Origin: Octopus sinensis
Lineage: Eukaryota
DNA length: 64,000 nucleotides
NCBI RefSeq assembly: GCF_006345805.1
Contig: NC_042998.1
Coordinates: 140,988,001 to 141,052,000 of the forward strand
Direction of reading: 5' to 3'
Below the pieces are notes generated by a model. The model was not told the DNA's origin and did not search any database. It saw nothing but the letters and a program-made list of their open reading frames with translations. Positions 49,420 to 62,031 of this stretch are shown here, piece after piece; position 1 is the first letter of the stretch, and every line of letters begins with the position of its first letter. A program made the translations under genes and the position numbers.

Positions 49420-51545
49420 AAATATAAAAAATATATATAAAATTGCTGATAAAAGAATACTTAAGAAAGCCAACATCGAGGCTATGAAAATCATGGAGAA
49501 ATATAACCTACAAATGAAGACAGAACCACTTGTTCCTAAGCAACCTAGGTTTATTTTGAAGGATCACAAACCAAATTTTTTTACTAACCCATCATTAAGG
49601 CTTATCTGCCCTTCTAGCTCTGACATCGGTATCCTTAGTAAAAATATACTAGATAAATATATTCCTAATCTAATCAAAACATTAAAACTTAGTTTATGGA
49701 CTAATTCATTTGACGTAGTTGACTGGTTTAGGTCTATTAACAGTAAGGTGAGTACGAAGTTTATCCAGTTTGATATTTCCAATTTTTATTCGTCTATTAA
49801 TCCAATAGTACTAATAAGGCACTTTGGCTTGCTCATAACAAAGCTGGTCTCACCCGAGAAGAAATTAATGTTGTGTTGGCAGCCAGAAGATCTATTATTA
49901 AATTTGATGATAAGTGGTGGGTCCGTAATGACACACCAGATAGTTTCGATATACCTATGGGAAGTTCTGATTCAGCACAGAAGCTGATTTGGTCTGTATA
50001 TATATTCTTTTTGAAATGGCTGAAGAGTTCCCTAACATTATGGAGGTCTATATCGTGATGATTGTTTACTTTACCTCCAAAATGTTTCTAACCAAAAGGT
50101 ACAAAAAGTTAAGAACAGTTTAGTTAATTTTTTCAGTAGAATGGGCTTAAAATCGTTTTTGATGACGATCTGACGAAGGCCAACTTTTTAGATATTACGC
50201 TTAATTTACACAGTGACTCTTACTTCCATATCATAAACCGTTGACCAATCTTAGTACATTAGCAAATTTAGTAATCATCCTGGAGCAATACTAAGAATTT
50301 AGTTAAGAATATTTCATTTAGATTATCTAAATTATCTGCTAATGTTGATATTTTCAATAATAACGCTGAATTCTATAACTCTGCCTAATCAAAGCAGGTT
50401 ATACAGAAAAATTTCTACATTGATTCTGCTCAGTCTAATTGTAATTCAATAATGTAGATAAGATTTCTAGTCGTAAAAGAATTATTGATAACAAACATAA
50501 CTTAACGCACCGATACCAAGCGAATGAAGGCAGATAACCCTTATTTATTCCCCTATTACCGATCTAAAAGTAAATATAACACCTCAAAAGTAATTACGCT
50601 ATGAATACTAGTAAAAATATTTGGTTAATAATTCCTTACGGGAGACAAATTAAATCTAATCTCCCACTGCTGTTTCGTCAAGCTATTGCTAGGAATTTTC
50701 CAAATAATTCTAGATATTACTCTATAATTAATTCACATAAAGTTAGGATAGGTTTTTCAAACACAAAAAATCTCTTGCAAATTATATCTTCTCATAATAA
50801 CAAACTGTTAATATTAATACATTTACTAATACTAACATTAATTTAGCTACTACCATCCAACCCTCTAGAAATATTAATAACAAGGTTATTGTATCTGAAG
50901 TCAATCCCAATAGAATAAATTTTATGTCAAGTAACTCTAAGATTAAAAATTCTATATACCAGTGTATAATCAGTACTCGTAATAAGTACAATTTTACATT
51001 GGAAGCACATCGTTAGAGTTATCTAAGAGAATTTCTATCCATTACTCAACATTTAGGGATAGAATAACGGAATAGTACCGGTCTCAGCAAACTGATTTGG
51101 AATTTAAAAGACCACAATGAACAATTTCATTTGGAATGGTTGATCCTCTCAATTTCGATACCATATGACAAAGGCAAGAATTCTGTCTTCTCTGCAATTC
51201 TGAGCTATTTTTCATTATTTTTTCTAAAAATACTCTAGTAAACACGGTTAGAACGAGCATACAGATGTAAGCATTGGCAAAAACATACTTTTAGTGCATA
51301 TAAGTAGTCTCTATCATTATATATAGTTTAGACTTTAATTCCTTTTATTTAACATTCACTATTAATATCCCTACTCTTTCTGTTAGCTACTTATGACGTT
51401 ATATCATATAACGTTTTTTTAAACAATATTAATAGCGTTCTGTCTATCGCTATACGAATCCATCATTTTTTGCTAAAATGTCGTATTGACAAGTTTCGTT
51501 TTTTCCCTTTCCGAAGAGAGATTGCATGGTTTATACCTTTTATTC
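49420..51545 (+). mobile_element. Penelope-like retroelement (Naiad-like), frameshifted RT plus GIY-YIG
   Basis: LKDHKPNF, FIQFDISNFYSSI, FDIPMGS and LYRDD (50051), then IYQC...YIGST, STGLSKLIWNLK, FCLLCNSE and YRCKH, with a stop at 51305. Confidence 0.88.
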
Positions 51546-51709
51546 TTTTAATAAGTATCAGTGGAATTTTTGAAACATATGTAGAAAGAAAAATACTTGT
51601 TTAAACCTGCGTTAACTCCATTTTTTATTCCTATATATATATATATATGCGTGTGTGTGTGCATGTATATATGTATGCATATATATGTGTTGTGTAATGT
51701 ATATATACA

Positions 51710-51754
<45 letters not shown>

Positions 51755-52149
51755 GTGCATACATATACATGTTCATAAATATATACATACATATACATAC
51801 ACACACGTACATATGCATGTATGTATATGTATGTATGTATGTATGTATTATGTATGTATGTATGTATGTATGTATGTTTGTGTGTATGTATATATGTATG
51901 TATGCATGCATGTATGTATGTATGTATGTATGTGTGCATGCATGTATGTATGTATGCATGTATGTCTTGAACACGAGAGGTAGAGAGACTTTGCACCACA
52001 CTAATTTGAGATTTGTTTTGCTGGTGTTCGAGTGTAAAAGACGAGTAGTGAGGTAAGTGAGGGGGGTTTCCTTCATAGCTCCAAATATCAACTTTCACAG
52101 AGAACCCCGAATATATGAAACGACATATATATGTTTGAGACATAGGACA

Positions 52150-53432
52150 AGAAGTTTGAGTTTGAGGGAAATTAATTTTATTCAGCAGAAAGTTACAAAA
52201 ATATCACAAGTAAGATATGGGAAGTAATTATCGACTGGAAAAAGGATGAGGAGAAAGACTTGACAGAAAAACGAAGGAGCAGTTCACATATAAATAGAGG
52301 CATGCATCTCCAATCTGGAAAAGAGCAGACAGAGGGGAAAATGTTAACGAGTGTGGAAGAAGTAGTAGAACTAGAGAAGACAGATTCCGCTCTAGAAGAA
52401 AAAGAAGAAACATTCCTTAAGTATGGGAGGAATTCCAACCACGTTTCGTGGTTCGCTATGTCAACTGCTTTTTTATTGGATCCAGTGGCTAAAGTCATCA
52501 TCAGGTGGAACCACGTCCGGTTTCGGCCCCCACTCCTCTACCGTTTTCAACGTGACGCTCTCCCCCTTTTCGGAGGTGTCTTCAGCTCTTGTGTTGAGTG
52601 CGTTTTTTCTTTCTCCTTTCTCCTTTGGCCTTTTGTTCTTTGGTCTCTTCGATGCAGCGTCAACGAATGTCAGCGGGCGAACGACCATCCTGCCAAACTT
52701 CCCTTAAAATACTCGCCGGTAGGCTCCAATACACCCAGCGCCAGCTAACTGTCACGTGACACTATCTAAGCTTCAAATGACCAATGGAGAGAAAGGACGC
52801 GTAGTTTTGGCCCGCGCCCTCTCTAAACATCCCTTCCAACAGCGTCATGTTAGTTTCAGTTCCAGCAGTCAGAGCCGACTAATTATTTGGTGGTACAAGC
52901 CTTCGAACAAGGATGAGAGCGCGCAATGAACGAGATCGCTCCCTTGGCCCACCTCTCAATCAACAATGCTGTTTAAGTGTCAGCCAGCTTCACCTAGCGG
53001 CGCTATTTCCCAGTCGGCCTGTTATGGCTTCGAGCCATTTTTGGTCTTCTCGTTTTAGCCATATATAGAAGCTGGCTTTGTCGACTACCTCCTTTATCCT
53101 CATTACTTTTCTCAGCTTTGAGCTCGAAAATGCAAACCTTCTTTTAAATAACGTCTCATTTTCTTTTAATGAAGTCTCTAGCCCCCACTGCCAGGTGGTA
53201 ATACTCAACAATCGATCCCTGTTCTCAGCACTCTTCAATTAAGTGAAATACTATTTGAAGAATGTGTAGAACACAAAAAAAGAGAATATGAGGAAATATG
53301 GAAAACTGGAAATCAAAACTTTGGAGAGAAGTTTCATTCAGAGTTTTTCAAGAATCCAGTGAGATAAGGAGTAATAAGGAGAGCTGGTTATGGCTAAAGT
53401 AAAGGAGTTCTGAAGGCGGAAACAGAGGGAAT
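52150..53432 (+). mobile_element. Degraded R4/Dong-like LINE fragment split by a minus-strand insertion (52423-53238) and ending at the Tc1 element
   Basis: IIDWKKDE...RGMH...TSVEEVVELEK before the insert; EECVEHKKREYEEIW...KESWLWL...VLKAETEGII after it. Confidence 0.65.
52423..53238 (-). mobile_element. 5'-truncated HERO/NeSL-like LINE end with a long GC-rich 3' region
   Basis: EYYHLAVGARDFI and FSSSKLRKVMRIKEVVDKASFYIWLKREDQKW resemble the EVGxRGF...SxWxWLKR C-terminus. TTAAGT is duplicated at 52417-52422 and 53239-53244. Confidence 0.55.
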
Positions 53433-54994
53433 AATCAACCATCTCACAATAAGTAAATGTATATTTGTTCAAAACCAGTTGTTTTCCCACTGACTGTTGG
53501 TAACACCTATCTGCGCACGTTCTGTTAATTGGATTAGCACAGACGAAAACAAACGGCAGCCATCATCGTGTAGCAGCAACATTTCTGTTGTCCCAAATTA
53601 TTAAGCAGATGCCCAATTTAAGTGTCAGTATGGGTCAGAAACGTGATCTTACTTTGAATGAGAAGTCTACCATCGTATCAGAGCTTGAAAAGGGGAAAAA
53701 AAGTCATAGAAATATCCAAAATACTGGGAAGAGATCACCGAAGAGTGAAGAAATTTGTACAGTCTCCTATTCCTGTCCTGTCTAGGGCAGATAAGGGCAA
53801 GTCGAAGGTTGCTTCGAACCGTACTTTGCCACGTGTGAAAAGCGAAGTTGTGCTGAAACCATGTCTGACAAATAGAGAAGTCTTCAAACGTTGTGGCAGG
53901 AAAGAGGTATCGAAAACTACCATGTGTCGCCTCTTGAAGCAGGTAGCTAGGCATATTAAATCTGTTACAAGGACCCCTCTGAAAGCTGTTCATAAGCAGA
54001 AGAGGCTTAAATGGGCAGAAGAATACATGAAGATATATTTTTCAACTGCTCTGTTCACTTATGAATGCCGTGCTACCCTTGACGGGCCTGATGGCTGGAG
54101 TAAAGTTTGGGTATCAATCAGCGGGAATTGTCCTCATCATTTGAGCCGCCAGGAGGGGGAGGTAGAGTCACATTTTGGGCTGGCGTCGTTGGTGGTATGA
54201 TGGTCGGGCTATAGAATGTTCCAGGTGGCATTAAGATAACATAGAAAACATATGTTACCTTCTTAAAGGACAGTTTCCAACCGTGGTTCAAAAAGCAAAA
54301 ATTTAATTCAAGAGAAAGCTGGTCTTTATGCAAGATAATGCCCCGTCTCGTGCAGCGAAGGATTCTAAGGAATATCTGCAGCAAATATGCTTCTCTGGAG
54401 GTCGTTTAATGGAGTGGCCACCTTGTTTTCCTGACTTAGACCCGATCGAGAACCTGTGGAGTGTCCTGAAGAAACACATTTCCCAAGATGGACGGCAGTT
54501 TTCAAGTAAAGTTGCCCTCTGAGATGCTATCGTAGATGCTGCTGAAAGCATGACACAAGAGGAAAGCATTACCTTGACAAATTCAATGGATCAGTGCATA
54601 AGGAACGTTATTGCATGTAGAGGATCATACATCAAACATTAGGAGCTGTATTATTTCCCATGATTATTTTCATTCGAACGTGTTATTATGTTTACCATTA
54701 AGTTCTTTATGAATATTTTTTTTGTTAAACCTTTACTGTTGAATTAAATAAATGTTTGTTCTGACACAATTATCATTCTTATTATACTTGCCTAATAATT
54801 TCTGACGGTAAAAATGTTGTCCAATCACAAAAATGGCCGCCATTTGTTGGATCTGCACAGATCCGATTTAAATTAACAGAACGTGTGCAGATAGATATTG
54901 TCAACAGTCAGTGGGAAAACAACTGGTTTTCAACGAATATACATTTATTTATTGGGATAAGGTTGATTTGCCTAATAATTTGGGAGGCAGTGTA
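53433..54994 (+). mobile_element. Tc1-like DD37E (TRT-type) transposon with long IR/DR ends; outer left end missing
   Basis: Inverted repeats 53433-53608 / 54787-54992; the right end is CAGTG followed by TA. Inner and outer copies of TGCCTAATAATTT are present. Confidence 0.9.
53630..54642 (+). pseudogene. DD37E transposase pseudogene
   Basis: MGQKRDLT..., LFTYECRATLDGPDGW (first D reads Y), MQDNAP...PDLDPIENLW with 37 residues between D and E; several frameshifts. Confidence 0.9.
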
Positions 54995-55559
54995 GATGAG
55001 AACAAACCTCGAAAAACTTGAGCTTTACCTGTAAGCTATTTACTCGGTTCAGCAACAATTGCCCAGAAACTTCTCTGTACAAAGTATGAACTGACATACA
55101 GCGTAGAAAAACAAACGTTTATACAGAAGGTCCAAAATGCTCACGTGTTGTGGTTTCATTGGAAACATAATTAAACCAGGCACAACACTAATTCCATGAA
55201 AAAACGGAATACAACAACAATAACAACAATAATAGTAATAATCCTTTCTACTGGAGGCACTAGGCCTCAAATTTGGGGGAGATGATTAAATCGATTACAT
55301 CGACCCCAGTGCATAACTGGTACTTATTTAATCGACTCCGAACGGATGAAAGGCAAAGTCGACGTCGGCGGAATTTGAACTCAGAACATAAAGACGGACG
55401 AAATGCTGAATTTTGTATCTCATACCATGAAGCTCTGGAGTGGCCATAAATTCTCAATACTGGTGTAAACTCCCAAAGCGCGGGATAACTCAATATTAAT
55501 TGTGGAATCTTTCAAGGTGGCTCATTATCTACTTTGTTGCTCTACTTAGCACAGTTTCC

Positions 55560-56610
55560 TTTAAGTAAACTCTTGAATGAAACAAATTATGGATACAGAG
55601 TGTAAGGAAAAACAGTCACCTCCTATATATAGATGATTTGAATCTGTTCGCAAAAAATGACCAACTGCAAACGCTCCTACACACAGTCAACAAGTTTTGT
55701 GATGATATCAAGATGGAATTTGGGATTGGCAAATGCGCCAAGGTTACATTTACCAAGGGAAATCTATCAAATATATACAACCGCACTCTCGATAGAGACA
55801 CCGAGATAAAAGAATAAAGGAACTAGAACCTCAGGGCAATCATAAATATCTAGGAGCATGTGAAGGAGACGAAATAAAACATAGTCAAACAAACCAGGCC
55901 TCCAACATGTTAAGAAAAAGTGGGAGCAATGTCTAATGCACGGCAAATACTCGACTAAAATCAGGAACCCTGATGTAGACTAAGCCCTTATACATCAATG
56001 GCTGTCATGCTCCGGTATCAAACCAGAATCTAATGGGTATATCATTGCTACTTGGGTCCGGTCCTTTCTAGCTAGGAATTACTAAGGTAATGTCCTGAAA
56101 TATTAAAGTAGTTCATTATGCCACATATGTGGAGGGCACCCTGAGACAATCTGCCACATAACCTGTCGATGCAGCAGACTGGCACTAACAGAATACTTGC
56201 AAAGGAATGACAGGGTATACACTGGTCAATATGCCGCACATACAACCACCTTTACAAAAACACCCGGTGAGAATACAAGCCACCATAAGTTGCCCAGAAT
56301 GCCACAGCTACCATCCTTTGGAATTTCAATGTTCACATACAGGAAAACCGCTGACCTGATCTCATTGTGAAAGATCATATTGAAAAATTTTGTCTTCTGA
56401 CTGATGTTGCAGCCCCAGCCGACAAAAACACATCTATGAAAATGTTTGAAAAACTTAGCAAATATGAGGAGCTGGAAATTGAAATTGGAAGAATGCGGCA
56501 TCTCAAAACAACAATATTGCCAGTTATTATTGTGGTACTTGGAATGATATCAAGTATGTAGTCCAAATACTTAGCAACCCCCAAATTTACATATTCTATG
56601 TAAATTCCTC
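55560..56610 (+). mobile_element. Degraded R4/Dong-like LINE (RT core plus nuclease)
   Basis: SHLLYIDDL.LFAKN, MEFGIGKCAKV, KYLG, and LLTDVAAPADKN...KLSKYEELEIEI. Confidence 0.85.
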
Positions 56611-57049
56611 TTCATATATATGTAGCCGTACTCACTCTGTTTTTCATTTTGCGTCCCTCAAACATCAGTGTTTTCGATTGCATGGCACGTCAGCTGTTTA
56701 CATCTTCAGATGCAAAACCTTGTCTTTTGATGATTCTGGTTGAGACTTGGGTACAACTTGTATCAATTACAGCAAATGTAAAACATATAATAATGATGGA
56801 CTCTCTCGTCGAAACCGACGTATGAGCGTTCAACTTCATTTGTTTATAGAGATTAAATGTGTGTGCTGTACATTAACTCAACCCTTCCGCGTACTTTAAC
56901 TCAACTCTTCCGCGCTCGTATATTTCTGAGGCATGTGCCAAGTGTACCTCTATCAGACGGGTAATCATACTGGGCTTCGTATATTTGTACCCCAGCGTCA
57001 CATGTGTGGCATGTGATGCTCTTTTACTCAATAACGATGACGATAATAA

Positions 57050-57274
57050 TAATAATGGCTTCAAATTTTGCCACAAGGGCAGCAATTTGGGGGAGGGGAT
57101 GAGTCGATTACATCGTCCCCAGTGTTCAACTGGTACTTAATTTATCAACCCCGGAAGGATGAAAGGCAAAGTTGACCTCCACGGGATTTGAACTCAGAAT
57201 GTAAAAACGTGCGACATATCGCTAAGTATTTCGTCCAGCGTGCTAACGATTCTGCCAGCTCACCACCAATAATG

Positions 57275-57327
<53 letters not shown>

Positions 57328-57552
57328 TAATAATAATAATCCTTTCTACTATAGGCACAAGGCCTGAAAATTGGGGGATTGGGGTAGTTGATTACATCGA
57401 CCCTAGTACTCAACTAGAACTTAATTTATCGAACCCCAAAGGATGAAAGGCAAATTCGACATCGGCGGAATTTGAACTCAGAACGTAGCGACGGGCGAAA
57501 TAACGCTAAGCATTCCGTCCAGCGTGCTAACAATTCTGCCAGCTCGCCACCT
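57050..57552 (-). mobile_element. Two full-length SINE family C copies separated by (TAA)n
   Basis: Heads at about 57270 and 57552; each is preceded and followed by (ATT)n in its own sense. Confidence 0.88.
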
Positions 57553-57563
57553 CAGTAACATTA

Positions 57564-57636
<73 letters not shown>

Positions 57637-57638
<2 letters not shown>

Positions 57639-58328
57639 CATGTAATGAAAAGAAATATTACAAGTAACTGCAGAATATGTGGAGATGGACAAGAAACAAT
57701 AAATCATATTATCTCTAGCTGCCCAGTCCTGGCTAAGAAGGAATATATTCACAGACATGACAGAGTTGGAACCTACATACATTGGAAGCTATGCCAACAT
57801 TATGGAATAACAACAGAAAAAAGATGGTATAGGCACACACCAGAAAAGGTCACAGAAAACGAGAAAGCAACCATACTCTGGGATATGCCGATACACACAG
57901 ATAGAGAAATTAAGGCCAACGACCAGATATAGTTGTCAGAGATCATGAAGAAAAAAAATGCTTCTAATTGATGTATCAATACCGGCAGATGACAACGTGT
58001 CTCTAAAAGAAATGGAGAAACTCTCAAAATACAAAGACCTGGAATAGAGGTAACTAGAATGTGGAACCTGAAACAGAAACAATTCCTATCATAGTAGGTG
58101 CATTAGGCACGATAAAAAAATATTCAGGCAAATACATAACAAAAACACCAGGACTTACAAACACATATAACATACAGAAAATTGCACTACTAGGCACTGC
58201 ACACATCCTACGCAGAACACTTTCCATACAATAACCATCAGAGCATCACAACAAATCACAGCACATACCCAAGACACACAGAGCTGCGCTCGGTAGTGAA
58301 GTGAAAGCACGCTATAAAAATAAAACTA

Positions 58329-58331
<3 letters not shown>
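57637..58331 (+). mobile_element. R4/Dong-like LINE 3' fragment, subfamily A, flanked by (TAA)n
   Basis: CRICGDGQETINHIISSC, ILWDMPIHTD...PD, LIDVSIPADD and TAHILRRTLSIQ, with pure (TAA)n on both sides. Confidence 0.93.
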
Positions 58332-58404
<73 letters not shown>

Positions 58405-58897
58405 GCAGTAGAAAACAAAGAATGAAAAATAGTTTGACATTCACTGAATTTGGTATTTTTAACTATTTTGTTTTCTTTTTTATCGTTTATGTTTAGTTTC
58501 ATATTCGTTTCCTACTTCATACATAGTATATGTGCGTATATATATACATGTAGATACATACATATACATACATACACACATGAGTGTCTGTCTGTGTGTG
58601 TGCGCGCGCGCACGTGCGTGTGTGTGTGTGATATTGAATTACAGATGATGAGTCGTTCTCGTCCATTGTTTCCCCCAAATATTGATCAATGACCGTTAAT
58701 AAAGACCCTTTTTGGCATTGTGATTCATTGTTTGTGGAGTTCTAGTGTGCTTTTTCTTCTTCTTTTTTTTGCCTTACGAAAATATCATCATCAATGTCAA
58801 AGACTTATGGAGAATGATTAGTAACCGAATATTGTTGAAATAAAAACAAACGAAAATAATACTGACATTTCAAAAATATAATATTGCCCAAAAGACT

Positions 58898-59220
<323 letters not shown>

Positions 59221-59221
<1 letters not shown>

Positions 59222-59380
59222 GAGGCGCCAATGGCCCAGTGGTTAGGCGAGCGTACTCGCGGTCGTAGGATCGCGGTTTCGATTCCCAGACCGGGCGTTT
59301 TGATGTTTTTATTGAGCGAAAACACCTAAAAGCTCCACGAAGCTGCGGCAGGGGGTTGTGATCCCTGCTGTACTCTTTCA
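59221..59380 (+). mobile_element. SINE family A, 3'-truncated
   Basis: Same head as 18862. Confidence 0.8.
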
Positions 59381-59784
59381 TGTATATACATACATATATA
59401 TGTATAAATGTATGTGTGTGTGTGTATGTATATGTATGTGTCACTGTGTGTGTTTGTGTATCTGTTACTGACTGTGAGACTGAAACTCTACCACTAGTTG
59501 GCCGCACCAGACCCTTCGACGGTTGGTAGTCTAATGTAGCTAACCAGGGTGAAACTTCGATGTCTCTGTCAATAAAATCATTTAAAAACTTTTAATTCCA
59601 TCCCGTATTGAGTCCTTTCTCGCTTTAATGCTCACAGCTTTTATACTTATTTGAAAAATATATTCTTTAACTACATACGCATGTAAATACCTACACAACA
59701 AACAAACAAACAAACACACACATACAAGCACACGTACATACAAACATACACACGCAGTTTTATTATCTTTTAATCAGTAGGGAA

Positions 59785-60140
59785 GGCAATGCCGATGACC
59801 TTCTTCAGAGCCTCCAAATTTGGTGGGAGGAAGAGAGGCAGGTGTCTTCAAACTAGGGTCGTGATTAAAAGAGTACGATCAAGAATACAATCATCCTCCA
59901 AAGAATCTGAGTGTGTAGCTCAGAGATCGGGGGTTACTTTTCTGCATTGAGAGGTGTTAGCTCTGGTTCTATGGACATGTGATTATAATGTCGCAGGAAA
60001 GAATCGCAAGACAGATTTTTCGGGTCGAGCCAACCGGCTGAAACCCACAACGTGATGGTTAGATAATGTCCATAATTTCCGTCGGTCTCGTTTGGGAATC
60101 CAAATGACGGTTACTTCTGAAAGAACTCTATAATGGAGGT
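59785..60140 (+). mobile_element. Degraded RTE-clade LINE fragment
   Basis: Shares TTCTGCATTGAGAGGT...TCTGGTTCTATG(G/A)ACATGTGATTA with 6395-6445. Confidence 0.6.
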
Positions 60141-61029
60141 GTCTGAGAACTCAGAAATCCACACGACTCTACCAGTAATAATGGACAGAGAAAATGGATG
60201 GAGGGATCGATCGATCAATGGATGCATGTATGCATGCATGGATTGATGGATGGATGACTGGATGATTGGATTGGTGGGTGGATGGATATATAGATGAATG
60301 AATGGATGCATGCATAGATGGACCTCATGATTGTGAAGCAGACTTTTTAACCATTCGGGCATGAAGTACATGTTCATACATCAATATCAAACCAACACAA
60401 AGGAAAAGCGAGAAATACAATGCTAACATTATACAAGATGTAGTAAAATAAGGGAGAAAAAATATCACAAATGGTACGAAAAGGATGAGATGGATAACAG
60501 TTTGACAAAAAATCGAGAGGCGCGCAGACGCACACACATACACACACACAAACACATACGCACACACAATCACGCACGCACACACACGTACAAATCAACA
60601 ATGAATGTTGTGCACAGAGAAATGGACACTCAAAAAAAAAAAAAAAGGAAAAGTAGACCGACGTTTCGGTTGAATTATTTATCAAACTAGAGAAAGAAGC
60701 AAAAGAAAAGAAATTGTTTGAAACACATAGACAATAAGACAGTACTCCAGCATGAACAAAACTCGAACTCGGAACAGTTCGCACGAGGTAAACAACAAAC
60801 GAAATATTCCAAAAATAATTTGGAGCATTTGATAAAATCGGCCTTATGAAATTAGTTAAGCAGACATATGGTTACTATTTCATTATATACATCCGCAAAT
60901 GTGCAACAGACTGCCGTTCCTAGAAGGAAAACAAATGTTTCTAAACCGATTACCATCTTGAAATATAGAATAAGAACCAGCCAACATAGCACGACACCTA
61001 GCGGCAAACGGTAATGTATTAAGAGGAAA

Positions 61030-61069
61030 TGAATACATAAATACGTTTATATATGCATATGCATATATA

Positions 61070-61109
<40 letters not shown>

Positions 61110-61134
61110 TATATATATATATTATATATATATA

Positions 61135-61185
<51 letters not shown>

Positions 61186-61368
61186 ATATATATATATATA
61201 TCTATATATAATATAATATATATACATATATATAATCTATATAATATAATATAAATAATATAATAATATATATATATATATATATATAATATAAATAATA
61301 CCATACATATATGTATATACTTACGTTGACATGTATATATATATATATAATATATATATATATATAAT

Positions 61369-61404
<36 letters not shown>

Positions 61405-61424
61405 TGTATATATTATATATGTAT

Positions 61425-61497
<73 letters not shown>

Positions 61498-61574
61498 CTA
61501 GTGTATATATATATATATATAATGTATATATATATATATGTATATGTATATATATATGTATATATATATGTATA

Positions 61575-61657
<83 letters not shown>
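61030..61657. repeat. Long interrupted (TA)n array
   Basis: Directly visible. Confidence 0.95.
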
Positions 61658-61659
<2 letters not shown>

Positions 61660-61780
61660 TTAGCAATTAAGGACAACTACTAATAAGAAACTTCAACAAG
61701 ATTGTCAGGTAGATAGCGTAAAAAACCTCATAAGAGAAAAAATTTCGAAAATAATTATTTCTTATTGAACATATTAATTT

Positions 61781-61971
61781 ATATATAGAGGGCATTATAC
61801 ATACATGCCAGAAGGCATTATACATACATGCCAAACGCTAAGAGGGACATTAGTCATTTCTAACAAAAATATTACTAATCCCACTAATCGGTGGGATTAG
61901 TAATATGTTTTGGTAGAAATGACTATTGTCCCTCTTAGCGTTGGCATGTATGTATAATGCCCTCTATATAT
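61781..61971. repeat. Palindromic element of about 190 bp in a (TA)n context
   Basis: Arms of about 80 bp around the loop TAATCG (61885-61890); the left arm has a tandem duplication of GGCATTATACATACATGCCA. Confidence 0.92.
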
Positions 61972-61997
61972 AATAATATAATATATATATATATTAT

Positions 61998-62029
<32 letters not shown>

Positions 62030-62031
62030 AC

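Noticed and set aside
50850-51307. Selenocysteine (in-frame TGA) in the Naiad-like element
   Set aside because: The recognisable Cys positions are TGT/TGC, and the copy is too frameshifted to interpret other stops.
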